From assembly GCA_965648905.1 (NCBI GenBank), contig CBFGIT010000021.1, forward strand, positions 1 to 45,537: 45,537 nucleotides of DNA, written 5' to 3'. The stretch's first letter is position 1. Each line of letters starts with the position of its first letter. The position numbers and the translations under genes are program-made. Below the pieces are notes generated by a model, which did no database searches, had not been told where the DNA came from, and saw nothing but the letters and a program-made list of their open reading frames with translations. This document shows positions 1-8,943 of the stretch, piece after piece. The stretch comes from a candidate division WOR-3 bacterium. Its GTDB lineage: Bacteria; Hydrothermota; Tepidihabitantia; Tepidihabitantales; Tepidihabitantaceae.

Positions 1-645
1 CTTGCCCGGGCCTGCAAGACCGCTGGCTGCGCGCTGGTTGGCGGGGAGATTGCGATGATGCCTGATGTCTATCGGCACGGCGACTATGACCTGGTGGGAT
101 TCATCGTCGGCACGGTGGAGCAGGGCCGGATTGTGAACCCGAATTGTCTGGCCCCGGGCGACCGGTGCATCGGGATTCCTTCCACCGGGCTGCACACGAA
201 TGGTTACACGCTCGCCCGCCGCGTCCTCTTCAACAAAGCTGGTCTTGACATTGGTTCTCGTCCGGCCGGACTGAAGGACACATTGGGCAGGGTGCTGCTC
301 AGACCCCACCGGTCCTACCTGAAGACGGTCTACCCGCTGCTGGGCCGCATCAAAGCCCTGGCGCACATCACTGGCGGCGGATTCTACGACAATATCAGAA
401 GGCTCCTTCCGGCCGAGGTGGCCTGTGTCATCAACCGTCGGAGCTGGCGACCGCCGCCGGTCTTCCGCCTCATTCAGGAACTGGGCGACGTCCCTGAGCA
501 GGAGATGTACCGCACGTTCAACATGGGCATGGGCATGGTGCTGATGGTTTCGCCGAATCAGGCAAAGCCGGTGCTGTCGGCAATTCCCGGTTCACGCCTC
601 ATCGGCCGGCTGGTCCGAGGCAGCTACGGCGTTGTCATTGTCTAG
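1..645 (+). CDS. purM: Phosphoribosylformylglycinamidine cyclo-ligase (AIR synthase), 5'-truncated by window edge
   Basis: Frame open from base 1 (LARACKTAGCALVGGEIAMMP); motifs STGLHTNGYTL, AHITGGG, EMYRTFNMGMG. Confidence 0.95.
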   Translation, partial: LARACKTAGCALVGGEIAMMPDVYRHGDYDLVGFIVGTVEQGRIVNPNCLAPGDRCIGIPSTGLHTNGYTLARRVLFNKAGLDIGSRPAGLKDTLGRVLLRPHRSYLKTVYPLLGRIKALAHITGGGFYDNIRRLLPAEVACVINRRSWRPPPVFRLIQELGDVPEQEMYRTFNMGMGMVLMVSPNQAKPVLSAIPGSRLIGRLVRGSYGVVIV

Positions 646-666
646 CCGCCGGCGGTCCGTGTCCGG

Positions 667-695
667 TTGACAACGTCCGCCCCCGAGTCTATGCT
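667..695 (+). promoter_or_regulatory. Sigma70-type promoter for HNH/nrdG-like genes
   Basis: TTGACA-N17-TATGCT in intergenic DNA. Confidence 0.7.
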
Positions 696-755
696 TTGAC
701 GTCATGATGCTTCTGTTTGTACCGTGGCTCGTGATGGTGACGTCGGGAGACCGGT

Positions 756-1586
756 ATGCTATGGCACTATAGCTGCCCTGAGTGCGGTCAACCTCTCCAG
801 GTAGAGTGGGACCACTCCCGAACCGAGCGGACCTGCGGCCACTGTCACAAACGTCACTACCCGCCTACTCCGGCCGAGGACCATCTGGCCTACGTTGGGT
901 CTGACCGCTGGCCCAAGGAAATTGAAGAAGCCGTCATCGCGCTCCGGGGCGACGCTTGCTCGGTGCCCGGTTGCTTTCACATGTACACGACGCTCGTACA
1001 CCGCAAGCCCGAGTCGCAGGGCGGCCACACGTCGGTTGACAACCTGTTGCCGATGTGCGCCCACCACGCACGGGAGAAGGGCCAGCAGGACTACACCGAG
1101 TGGCTGCGGACGCTCGCCAAGGCCGGAGACTCTCAACCGACCGTGGAAATCACCCTCACCGCGCTCCACCGGGACGAACCCTCGACCGCGACCCGGGTCG
1201 AAGTCCGGCGCGGCACCAACTTCTGCCAGACGATCGCCGAACACAATGAGCAGGATGTTGATGTTCCTCCAGACTCGCGTCTCGTGTTCGACCGGCTGTT
1301 CATCCCTGGCCCGGCCCACTGGCTTGTATTCAAGTACGACTGGCATTTCATCTCAGGTGAGACCTGCGGCGTTATCCTGACCGCGTGGCCGGCCAGCGAG
1401 AAAGCCGGGCCGAGGCATGCCTTGGCCGCAAACAGCCACCAACGCCGGGATGGCGAATCCGGCTCGTCACGCCTGGAGGTGCGCATCCGGCCCGAGACCG
1501 AGGAAGTCTGGCATGTCGCCGTGTTGCTCAAGTGCTCGGACGGAGTTCTGAACCTCAACCGGTATGTCCTAGCTGCCGCCGACTGA
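756..1586 (+). CDS. Zn-ribbon + HNH-like domain protein with uncharacterised C-terminal domain
   Basis: CPECG..CGHC ribbon; CSVPGC..VHRKPESQGG..DNLLPMCAHH..KG resembles HNH; GGGAG RBS. Confidence 0.7.
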   Translation: MLWHYSCPECGQPLQVEWDHSRTERTCGHCHKRHYPPTPAEDHLAYVGSDRWPKEIEEAVIALRGDACSVPGCFHMYTTLVHRKPESQGGHTSVDNLLPMCAHHAREKGQQDYTEWLRTLAKAGDSQPTVEITLTALHRDEPSTATRVEVRRGTNFCQTIAEHNEQDVDVPPDSRLVFDRLFIPGPAHWLVFKYDWHFISGETCGVILTAWPASEKAGPRHALAANSHQRRDGESGSSRLEVRIRPETEEVWHVAVLLKCSDGVLNLNRYVLAAAD

Positions 1587-1640
1587 TGAGCAGCACGCGC
1601 CTTGGCCGGCCCTCGTCCCAGATGCCATGAGGCTGTTCTG

Positions 1641-2345
1641 ATGCGCATCGTCGGGTTCATCGAAACTTCGCTCGTTGACTGGGACGGCAGACTCGCCTCG
1701 GTCATCTTTGTTGGCGGCTGCAACTTCGTCTGTCCATTCTGTCACAACTACCGGGTCGCGGATGACGACTCCGGTCTGACCGCACTCGACTGGGAAACGA
1801 TCCAGGTTGCGCTCATCCGCAAACACAACTGGATTGACGGTTTAGTCGTGTCCGGGGGCGAGCCGCTCCTCCATCCCGAAGTTTTCTCGCTCTGTGCCCG
1901 GGTCAAGAGCCTCGGGTTCAAACTCAAGCTCGATACCAACGGCTCGTTTCCCTATCCGCTCAAGCGACTCATCGATGCCGGCATGGTCGATGCAGTAGCA
2001 ATGGACATCAAGACCACGCTTGACGATCGGTATACACTTGCCACCGGCCGCACGGTTGACCTTGCCCCGATTCGTCGCACCGTTCGGCTGCTGCTTGAGA
2101 CCGGTCTTGAGCACGAGTTCCGCGCCACGCTCGTCCCCGGTCTTCTCAACCCGGAAGATATCCCGATGATCGGTGCGGCCTTGTCAGGAGCACAGAAGGT
2201 TGCACTCCAGCACTTCGAGTCCGCCAACGCCCGCGTCCCGGGAATCGCCGGAGGCCGGAACTACACCCGCGCCGAGGCCGAAGCAATGGCCGAAAGCCTT
2301 AGGCCGTTCGTCAAGAGCGTGATACTGCGCGGCAAGTTCGCCTGA
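1641..2345 (+). CDS. nrdG: Anaerobic ribonucleotide reductase activating protein-like radical SAM enzyme
   Basis: SLVDWDG, GCNFVCPFCHN (CxxxCxxC), SGGEP, KLDTNGS, AMDIK; start moved to ATG 1641 (MRIVGF). Confidence 0.8.
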   Translation: MRIVGFIETSLVDWDGRLASVIFVGGCNFVCPFCHNYRVADDDSGLTALDWETIQVALIRKHNWIDGLVVSGGEPLLHPEVFSLCARVKSLGFKLKLDTNGSFPYPLKRLIDAGMVDAVAMDIKTTLDDRYTLATGRTVDLAPIRRTVRLLLETGLEHEFRATLVPGLLNPEDIPMIGAALSGAQKVALQHFESANARVPGIAGGRNYTRAEAEAMAESLRPFVKSVILRGKFA

Positions 2346-2977
2346 AACTGCAGTCCGAAAACCCTCTCGAAGGCGGTGACCACTGCGGGCCGGACTCGGT
2401 CGGCTCTCCCCTGCTCCTGTTCGACCGAAGTCATCGTAACCTGCGCCATCCCGCAAGGGTTTATCAGGCGGAAGCAGGTCAGGTCGGTCGTCACATTCAG
2501 GGCAAAACCGTGCCGTGTGACCCAGCGTTTCACCGCGATGCCGATTGAGGCGATCTTGCGGTCTTCGACCCAGACACCGGTCAGGCCCTCCCGCACATGA
2601 GCTGCGACACCAACCTCGGCCAGCGCGGTAATCAGAGCCCGTTGCAGACCATCAACAAACGGCTTGACTCCGGCAAGACCCCGGGTCAGTTCGAATATTG
2701 GATACCCGACGAGTTGTCCGGGTCCGTGAAACGTCACGTCTCCCCCACGCTCTACCCGGTGCAGCGCCACCCCGGCCCGTAACAGCCATTCTTCCGAGAC
2801 AAGGACATTCTCTGGCCGGGCCGAACGACCTAGGGTGATAACCGGCGGATGCTCGACCAGCACCAGGGTGTCTGAAATCTCACCGCCGACTCTCATCTCC
2901 CACAAGCGGTGCTGGAGGTCAAGACCGCGACCGTAGTCAGTGAGACCAAGAAGGTTGACGAGGAACCCTGCTGGCAT
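2261..2977 (-). CDS. lipB: Lipoyl(octanoyl) transferase
   Basis: EHPPVITLG, ERGGDVTFHGPGQLVGYPI, KIASIG, HGFALN, INPCG. Confidence 0.95.
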   Translation of the reverse strand: MPAGFLVNLLGLTDYGRGLDLQHRLWEMRVGGEISDTLVLVEHPPVITLGRSARPENVLVSEEWLLRAGVALHRVERGGDVTFHGPGQLVGYPIFELTRGLAGVKPFVDGLQRALITALAEVGVAAHVREGLTGVWVEDRKIASIGIAVKRWVTRHGFALNVTTDLTCFRLINPCGMAQVTMTSVEQEQGRADRVRPAVVTAFERVFGLQFQANLPRSITLLTNGLRLSAIASASARV

Positions 2978-2998
2978 GGCGCGCCAGGTCGGTTTCGT

Positions 2999-4390
2999 CT
3001 ATTGCCGGTTGATGACGTGCACCGCTCGGCCGCAGGCGGCCTCGGCCGCCTCCGAGAGCAGCTCGCTCATCGTTGGATGCGGATGAACGACCCGGCCCAG
3101 TTCCGCGGCAGTCAGTCCAAGCTCAACCGCGACCGCGGCCTCGCCAATCAGTGCGTCAGCCTGCGGGCCGACAATCGACACACCCAGGACCTTGCCGGTC
3201 GGCTCTTCCACGACCATCTTACACAGACCCTCACTGCGGCTCAAAGTGAGCGAACGCCCAACCGCGGTCAGGGGCACGCGCCCAACTCTGACCTTTCGGC
3301 CCTCGGCAGTTGCCTGTGCCTCGGTCACGCCCACGGACGCGACCTCAGGGTCGGTGTAGACGCAGGACGGCACGGCCTTGAACTTCCACGGTCGGCCCGA
3401 GCCCAGCGCGTCGGCCAGACTCGTGGCCTCGGCCATCGCCTTGTGTGCAAGAAGCAGACCGCCGCGCACGTCGCCGATGGCATAGACGGATGGAGACCTC
3501 GTGCGGTACCGACCGTCGGTCTTGATGAAACCCCGCGAGTCGGTCTCGACCCCGGCCGCTTCCAGATTCAGCCCGTCGGTGAGTGGCGTCCGGCCGACCG
3601 CGAGCAGGACGCGGTCCGCCTCAACCGCCTGCACTTCACCGTTCTGAAGATAGCGCACCGTGCCATTGTCAACCGCCTCAACTCTGACACCAAGATGGAA
3701 CTCAATCCCCTCACGCACTATCGAGCGCTGCAGACTGACAGAGACTTCACGGTCCATCCCAGGCAGAACCTGGTCAAGCAATTCAAGCACGACGACTCTG
3801 GCGCCCAGGCGGCTGAAGATAGTGGCAAACTCCAGTCCGATTGCTCCGGCGCCAATGATGACGATGCGGCCGGGCAACTCAACCAGATTCAACGCACCAT
3901 TCGAATCGATGACGAACCGGTTGTCCGGAACAATGCCGGGCAGCACTGCAGGCTTCGACCCGGTGCAGATGACAACGTTCTCGGTCTCAAGCTCAAACTC
4001 AGACCCGCCCGGCAACATGACCCGGAGGTGGCGTTCGTCCCGAAAGCTCGCACGGCCGCCCACGGTCTCGACCCGATTCGACTTGAGCAGGTATTCGACT
4101 CCGCGCACCAGTCGCTCGACCACCCGCGCTTTCCAGCCGTACAAAGCAAGAAAGTCTAGTTCCGGCGGAGCGAACACCATGCCCATGGACCGGGCCTCGG
4201 CTGCCGCTCGCTTGATGCTGGCCGCGTGCAGCAGGGCCTTGACCGGGATGCATCCCCAGTTCAGGCATACACCGCCGACCCGGTCCTGTTCGACCAGAAT
4301 CACCCGCTTACCCTGCTGTCCGAGTCGGATGGCGGCTGTGTATCCGGCCGGCCCCCCGCCGACAATCGCGACGTCACACAGTCGGCCCAT
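2999..4390 (-). CDS. lpdA: Dihydrolipoyl dehydrogenase
   Basis: GGGPAG FAD motif, GGVCLNWGCIP redox disulfide, GAGAIGLE, HPHPTMSE; start at ATG 4390. Confidence 0.92.
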   Translation of the reverse strand: MGRLCDVAIVGGGPAGYTAAIRLGQQGKRVILVEQDRVGGVCLNWGCIPVKALLHAASIKRAAAEARSMGMVFAPPELDFLALYGWKARVVERLVRGVEYLLKSNRVETVGGRASFRDERHLRVMLPGGSEFELETENVVICTGSKPAVLPGIVPDNRFVIDSNGALNLVELPGRIVIIGAGAIGLEFATIFSRLGARVVVLELLDQVLPGMDREVSVSLQRSIVREGIEFHLGVRVEAVDNGTVRYLQNGEVQAVEADRVLLAVGRTPLTDGLNLEAAGVETDSRGFIKTDGRYRTRSPSVYAIGDVRGGLLLAHKAMAEATSLADALGSGRPWKFKAVPSCVYTDPEVASVGVTEAQATAEGRKVRVGRVPLTAVGRSLTLSRSEGLCKMVVEEPTGKVLGVSIVGPQADALIGEAAVAVELGLTAAELGRVVHPHPTMSELLSEAAEAACGRAVHVINRQ

Positions 4391-4457
4391 AATCAAAGCC
4401 TGGTTCCCGCCGGCCGACTGCTGCGACCGGCTTGCCCGGCGCACCCGGAACCCGGCG

Positions 4458-5609
4458 CTACCACGCCGTCCCCTTGATAAGCTCGGAGGCAATGACCAGC
4501 CGCTGAATCTGGTTCGTCCCTTCGTATATCTGGGTGATTTTCGCGTCGCGCATCATCTTCTCGACCGGATAGTCCTTCATGTAGCCGTACCCGCCCAGAA
4601 TCTGCACCGCGTCGGTCGTCACTTTCATCGCCGTGTCCGACGCCAGAACCTTGGCCATTGAAGCGATGGCTGAGATATTCTTCATGCCTGAATCCGCCGC
4701 CCGTGCCGCCTGGTAAATGAGCGTGCGCGAAGACTCGACCGCGATCGCCATGTCGGCGAGCATTAGCTGCACGGCCTGGAAGCTGGCAATCGGCTGGTCG
4801 AACTGGACCCGCGTCCGGGCGTACTCCAGGGCCTCGTCTAGTGCTCCGGCCGCAATGCCCAGTGCCTGAGCACCGACTCCGGGCCGGGTCCGGTCGAAAG
4901 TCTTCATCGTATGTACGAACCCGAGCCCTTCCCTGCCGCCGACGAGATTGGCCGCCGGAACCCGGCAATCAGTGAAAATGAGCTCCGCGGTCTTGGAGCA
5001 ACGGATGCCCATCTTGTCTTCAATCTTGCCGAAAGTGAAGCCGGGGGTGCCGTCTTCGACGATGAAGGCCGACAGGCCGCGCGCGCCCTTGGCCGGATTG
5101 GTATTGGCGATGACCGTGTAAACCTTTGCCACGCTGCCGTTGGTGATGAACTGCTTGGTTCCGTTGAGCACGTAGTAGTCGCCCTGCTTTACCGCGCGCG
5201 TCTTGACGTTGGAGGCGTCGGACCCGGCACTCGCTTCGGTAATCGCGAAGGCGGCAATCTCGCCCGCGGCCAGACGCGGCAGGTACTGCTGCTTCTGCTC
5301 CTCGGTTCCACCGAGAATAATCGGGAACGTCCCCAGCCCGCATGCCGCATAACACAGCCCGGCAGCCCCGTCCACGCGGCACAGCTCCTCGACGACCAGG
5401 CACATTTCCATGATACCGCCGCCCAGTCCGCCGTACGCTTCCGGGATGTAGACCCCCATCAGTCCCAGTTCGGCCAGTTCCTTCATAATCGCGTGCGGAA
5501 ACTCGCCGGTCTTGTCCAGCTCGGCTCGCACTGGCTTCATCTTCTCCTGGGCAAACCTGCGAGCCAATTGCTGAATCTCCTTCTGCGTATCGGTAAGAAA
5601 GTAGTCCAC
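4458..5609 (-). CDS. Acyl-CoA dehydrogenase
   Basis: AFAITEASAGSD, LNGTKQFITNG, GGYGYMKDYPVEKMMRDAKITQIYEGTNQIQR. Confidence 0.95.
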   Translation of the reverse strand: MDYFLTDTQKEIQQLARRFAQEKMKPVRAELDKTGEFPHAIMKELAELGLMGVYIPEAYGGLGGGIMEMCLVVEELCRVDGAAGLCYAACGLGTFPIILGGTEEQKQQYLPRLAAGEIAAFAITEASAGSDASNVKTRAVKQGDYYVLNGTKQFITNGSVAKVYTVIANTNPAKGARGLSAFIVEDGTPGFTFGKIEDKMGIRCSKTAELIFTDCRVPAANLVGGREGLGFVHTMKTFDRTRPGVGAQALGIAAGALDEALEYARTRVQFDQPIASFQAVQLMLADMAIAVESSRTLIYQAARAADSGMKNISAIASMAKVLASDTAMKVTTDAVQILGGYGYMKDYPVEKMMRDAKITQIYEGTNQIQRLVIASELIKGTAW

Positions 5610-5648
5610 AGTTCTCTTCTCCTTGGTCCGGGTTTGTGCTTCTGGTGG

Positions 5649-6662
5649 CTAGCTGCCGGTCCGACCGAGTCTCATCTTCACGTCCGTCGCCACTCGCTCG
5701 AGCGCCGGCAGCATCCGCGCCGCGGTACAACGGTAGAACTCAAGCGAACGGCCAATCGGGTCATCGACCTCTTCGTCGGCGCTGCCGGCGAATGACCGGA
5801 GCAGACGAGTCCGGGTTGCAGCCTCAGGCAGAATCTCGACCACGCGCTCTCGATGATACCGGTCCATGACCAGGACGAGGTCAGCGGCTCGAATCAATTG
5901 CACGGTAAGCTGCTGGGCGCGGTGCCGGCTGATGTCGGCGTCGTGCTCACCTGCGACCTGCACTGCCAGGGCGGTCGGGCTGTTGCCGACCGGCGCGTCG
6001 GTACCGGCCGAGTAGATGAAGACCGGTAACCCGGCCAGCATCCGGCTCAACATGCCGGCGGCCATCGGACTGCGGCAGGAGTTGCCGGTGCAGACAACGA
6101 GTACCGAGAACGCCACGCCCGGCCCGAGGCTGACCAGTCGTCCCAGTTCATGTTCAATGTCCAGTATCGCCGACTTTCCCCGTCTGTCAACTCTGGCAGG
6201 TGAACAGGTCAGGTCGATCACGGTCGGCCCGGGCTGCCATGGCTCGCGCGCACTCACCACAACTTCCGCATCGTCTCCCAAGTCATCAATCACTTCGGTG
6301 AATTCGACGTTCTCGGGCGCGAGACCGAACCAGATCGACCCCAACCGACGCAGCAGTTCAACTGAGAGCGGCTCGGTTGCCAGGCCGACACGACCCGCAT
6401 CCAGCCTGCCGACCACCGGACCGGCAAGAATTCGCCGCACCGCCGAATCCGTCGGTGCAGTCAGTTGGACCAAACTCGGTTCGTCAACAAGTCGGCAGGC
6501 CGGGCCAAATCTGGCGAATCCCGGTTCTGTGTCCGGGTTCCGGGTCAGTACGCAGTAACCGCCCAGCATAGGCACAAGTGCCAGACCATCGGACCAGCGC
6601 CGGGCGACCTCGGCGGCGACCCGGGAAGCGTTGTCAGACTCAAGTCCCAGGAACCTGGTCAG
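5649..6662 (-). CDS. Degenerate Sua5/YrdC-like domain fused to low-molecular-weight protein Tyr/Arg phosphatase; start uncertain (CTG 6662 or GTG 6575)
   Basis: C-terminal VCTGNSCRSPMA P-loop and DPIG; N-terminal GPTVIDLT..RRG resembles YrdC C-terminus. Confidence 0.75.
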   Translation of the reverse strand: MTRFLGLESDNASRVAAEVARRWSDGLALVPMLGGYCVLTRNPDTEPGFARFGPACRLVDEPSLVQLTAPTDSAVRRILAGPVVGRLDAGRVGLATEPLSVELLRRLGSIWFGLAPENVEFTEVIDDLGDDAEVVVSAREPWQPGPTVIDLTCSPARVDRRGKSAILDIEHELGRLVSLGPGVAFSVLVVCTGNSCRSPMAAGMLSRMLAGLPVFIYSAGTDAPVGNSPTALAVQVAGEHDADISRHRAQQLTVQLIRAADLVLVMDRYHRERVVEILPEAATRTRLLRSFAGSADEEVDDPIGRSLEFYRCTAARMLPALERVATDVKMRLGRTGS

Positions 6663-6668
6663 ACAGCC

Positions 6669-7937
6669 CTACGCTTTCTTCATTCTCAGAGCGCGCGCAC
6701 CGATGTCTCGACGATAGAACATACCGGGAAAGCTGACTTTCCCGAGCGTCTCGTATGCCCGGTCCCGAGCCTGCGTAAGGGTCAAGCCGAGACCGGTGAC
6801 TCCGAGCACACGGCCGCCGTTGGTCACCAGTCGGCCACCATCGGCTCTGGTTCCGGCGTGGAAGATGACCACTTCCGCAGGCTGGTCAGGCGGACACGTG
6901 ACTGTGTCGCCCCGCTGGTAGGAGTCAGGATAACCCTGGGCAACAGCCACCACGCAGAGCGCGTGCCGGTCTGACGTTCTAATTTCCTGACCCGCCAGTC
7001 TGCCCTCGATGCACGCCATGCTCAGCTCGACAAGGTCGGTCTCGACCAGTGGTAGCACTGCCTGGGTCTCCGGGTCGCCGAACCGGCAGTTGAACTCAAG
7101 CACCCGAACGCCCTGATTCGTCATCATGATTCCGGCGTAGATGGCCCCGCGATAGTCAATCCCTCGGCGCTGTAGACCGGCAAGCAGCGGCTCGAACACC
7201 TGCTGCTCGACCTGACGGGCAACCTGCGCGGTCACCAACGGCGCCGGCGCGTATGCGCCCATGCCACCGGTATTGGGTCCCTGGTCGTCGTCAAGCAGCC
7301 GCTTGTGATCCTGCGACGGCGGAAAGAACCTGAAGGTGGAGCCATCACACAAACCGATGATTGACGCCTCCTCGCCCTGGAGATACTCCTCGACCACGAC
7401 CGTGAGTCCGGCCGGACCAAACCGGCTGCCGGAAAGCATCCCGGCCAGCGTCTGCTCGACTTCTTCGTGTGTCCGGCAGATGACCACGCCCTTACCGGCT
7501 GCCAGTCCTGCGGCCTTGATAACGAGCGGCAGCGGCTGAGTCCGCGCGTAATCCCGGGCCCGGGCCAGGTCATCAAACACCTCGAACCGGGCGGTTGGTA
7601 TACCCTGTTCCTGCATCAGGTGTTTGGCAAAGGCTTTGTCGCCTTCAAGCTGCGCACCGGCCCGGTCTGGCCCAAACAAGACAAGGCCGTGCTGGCGGAA
7701 CCGGTCAGCCACGCCCGCGACCAGTGGAATCTCAGGACCAACGATTGTCAACTCGACCTTTTCCCGACGGCAGAAAGAAACCAGCGCCGGGGCGTCGTTG
7801 ACATCGAGAGGCTCACACGAGGCGATACGACCGATGCCGCCATTGCCCGGGATGCAGAAGACCCTGTGGCCGTGTCGGGCGAGATGCCAGACCAGGGCAT
7901 GCTCTCTTCCGCCCGAACCGAGAACGAGGACTCTCAT
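6669..7937 (-). CDS. purD: Phosphoribosylamine-glycine ligase
   Basis: LGSGGREHAL, GLAAGKGV, QDHKR, GPNTGGMGAY, EFNCRFGDPETQ, TNGGRVL. Confidence 0.97.
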   Translation of the reverse strand: MRVLVLGSGGREHALVWHLARHGHRVFCIPGNGGIGRIASCEPLDVNDAPALVSFCRREKVELTIVGPEIPLVAGVADRFRQHGLVLFGPDRAGAQLEGDKAFAKHLMQEQGIPTARFEVFDDLARARDYARTQPLPLVIKAAGLAAGKGVVICRTHEEVEQTLAGMLSGSRFGPAGLTVVVEEYLQGEEASIIGLCDGSTFRFFPPSQDHKRLLDDDQGPNTGGMGAYAPAPLVTAQVARQVEQQVFEPLLAGLQRRGIDYRGAIYAGIMMTNQGVRVLEFNCRFGDPETQAVLPLVETDLVELSMACIEGRLAGQEIRTSDRHALCVVAVAQGYPDSYQRGDTVTCPPDQPAEVVIFHAGTRADGGRLVTNGGRVLGVTGLGLTLTQARDRAYETLGKVSFPGMFYRRDIGARALRMKKA

Positions 7938-8506
7938 CGTTCGCTGGACCGGCCCAGTCCGGCGCGCTGGACCGCAGCGGCCCAGCTTCCGAAGTAGCGG
8001 ACGCTGGCCGCATGCAGGGTCCGATACCGCCGGCGCACCTCCGCGGTGGTCTGTAGTGACATACCCTCCTTGTGCATTCGTCTAATTTCGTCAAGGATTG
8101 CTGCCCGCGACCATTGACGCTGGCATCTGATCTTGGAGTAGTCCAACCCGGCGGCCTTGATTGCCCGGGCCCATGACCCGATGTGCTCGGTCGCAGCCCC
8201 AGCCAGTCCCCCGTGATTACGCTCGACCCGACTGACGTTCAGCGGCTCACCTGCTGCGTACAATTCCTTGATTCGGGCGATGACCTTGTCCCGGTTCCAG
8301 ACGTACTTGCGGCGGTACTGCTCGTAATCCAGCCCTGCGGCCGACACCGCGGCGTCCCAGCCGCCGGCATACTTCCGGCCGGCGTAGATTAGTGATGGAT
8401 AATGCCGGGCAACGAACCCGGCATTCAGCGGCTCACCGCGCCGGTGCATCGCTTTGATTGTACGGACGACCTCTTCTTTCGACCATTTCCTGTAAGGACG
8501 CGACAT
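7934..8506 (-). CDS. Basic protein of three ~60-aa helical repeats (W..E.V...I....GEPL...Y.G.W..A...AGL), similar to homing-endonuclease-associated repeats
   Basis: Three repeats visible in translation; GGGAGGT RBS before ATG 8506; ATGA overlap with purD. Confidence 0.75.
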   Translation of the reverse strand: MSRPYRKWSKEEVVRTIKAMHRRGEPLNAGFVARHYPSLIYAGRKYAGGWDAAVSAAGLDYEQYRRKYVWNRDKVIARIKELYAAGEPLNVSRVERNHGGLAGAATEHIGSWARAIKAAGLDYSKIRCQRQWSRAAILDEIRRMHKEGMSLQTTAEVRRRYRTLHAASVRYFGSWAAAVQRAGLGRSSER

Positions 8507-8522
8507 CGTTACCTCCCAGAGA

Positions 8523-8550
8523 ACTCTACACCAGGCTCGGGCAATGTCAA
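8523..8550 (-). promoter_or_regulatory. Sigma70-type promoter for repeat-protein/purD/lpdA operon
   Basis: TTGACA-N16-TAGAGT. Confidence 0.6.
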
Positions 8551-8679
8551 CCTGTTCATCGTCATCCGAGCCGGCGCGGCTGCGACCGGACGACTGCGTC
8601 GCGAAGTTCACCAGGCGTACAGAAGATGCAAGCATCCACAGAACAGCAGACATGGTCCGCGTCGGTCTAAGCTCAGGCT

Positions 8680-8943
8680 GCGAATCGGAAGGCGGCCCGC
8701 AGAGCGGCCCTTGAAACGGAGTGGCAAGCGACTCGCAAAGCGACTTTGACTGCGCACCTGAGAGCGCAGTGCTGAGCCAGGAGCAGAGCCGGAAGGACTG
8801 CACCTCTGGTCACGGCAGTCACCGGGCCCTAGGCCGCGCCTGCCTGAGCCGCAGCGCAAGCCGTAGGCAAAGCGACGACGATAGCGCTTGAGAGTTCGCT
8901 CAGGATAGCGCTTTCGGGGACGGTATAGGGAACCACTCCCCCG
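8680..8943. repeat. Degenerate 12-nt phased array, 22 units
   Basis: 21 of 22 consecutive 12-mers have C at position 2 and 16 begin GC; the rest of each unit is variable. Confidence 0.75.

Noticed and set aside
704..772. Short hydrophobic uORF MMLLFVPWLVMVTSGDRYAMAL
   Set aside because: Overlaps the RBS and start of the HNH-like gene; no independent support
2909..4159. Long plus-strand ORF (similarly 30134-31615 and 35501-36733)
   Set aside because: Antisense shadows of well-supported genes in GC-rich DNA, with no motifs
6669..6671. TAG read-through fusing PurD to the YrdC-phosphatase
   Set aside because: In-frame by 1-in-3 chance; PurD is complete; no pyrrolysine evidence; separate initiation is simpler
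8680..8943. TIGR or CRISPR-type guide array
   Set aside because: Anchor is only 2-4 nt with period 12, not 36; no box C/D-like motifs or Nop-domain gene seen
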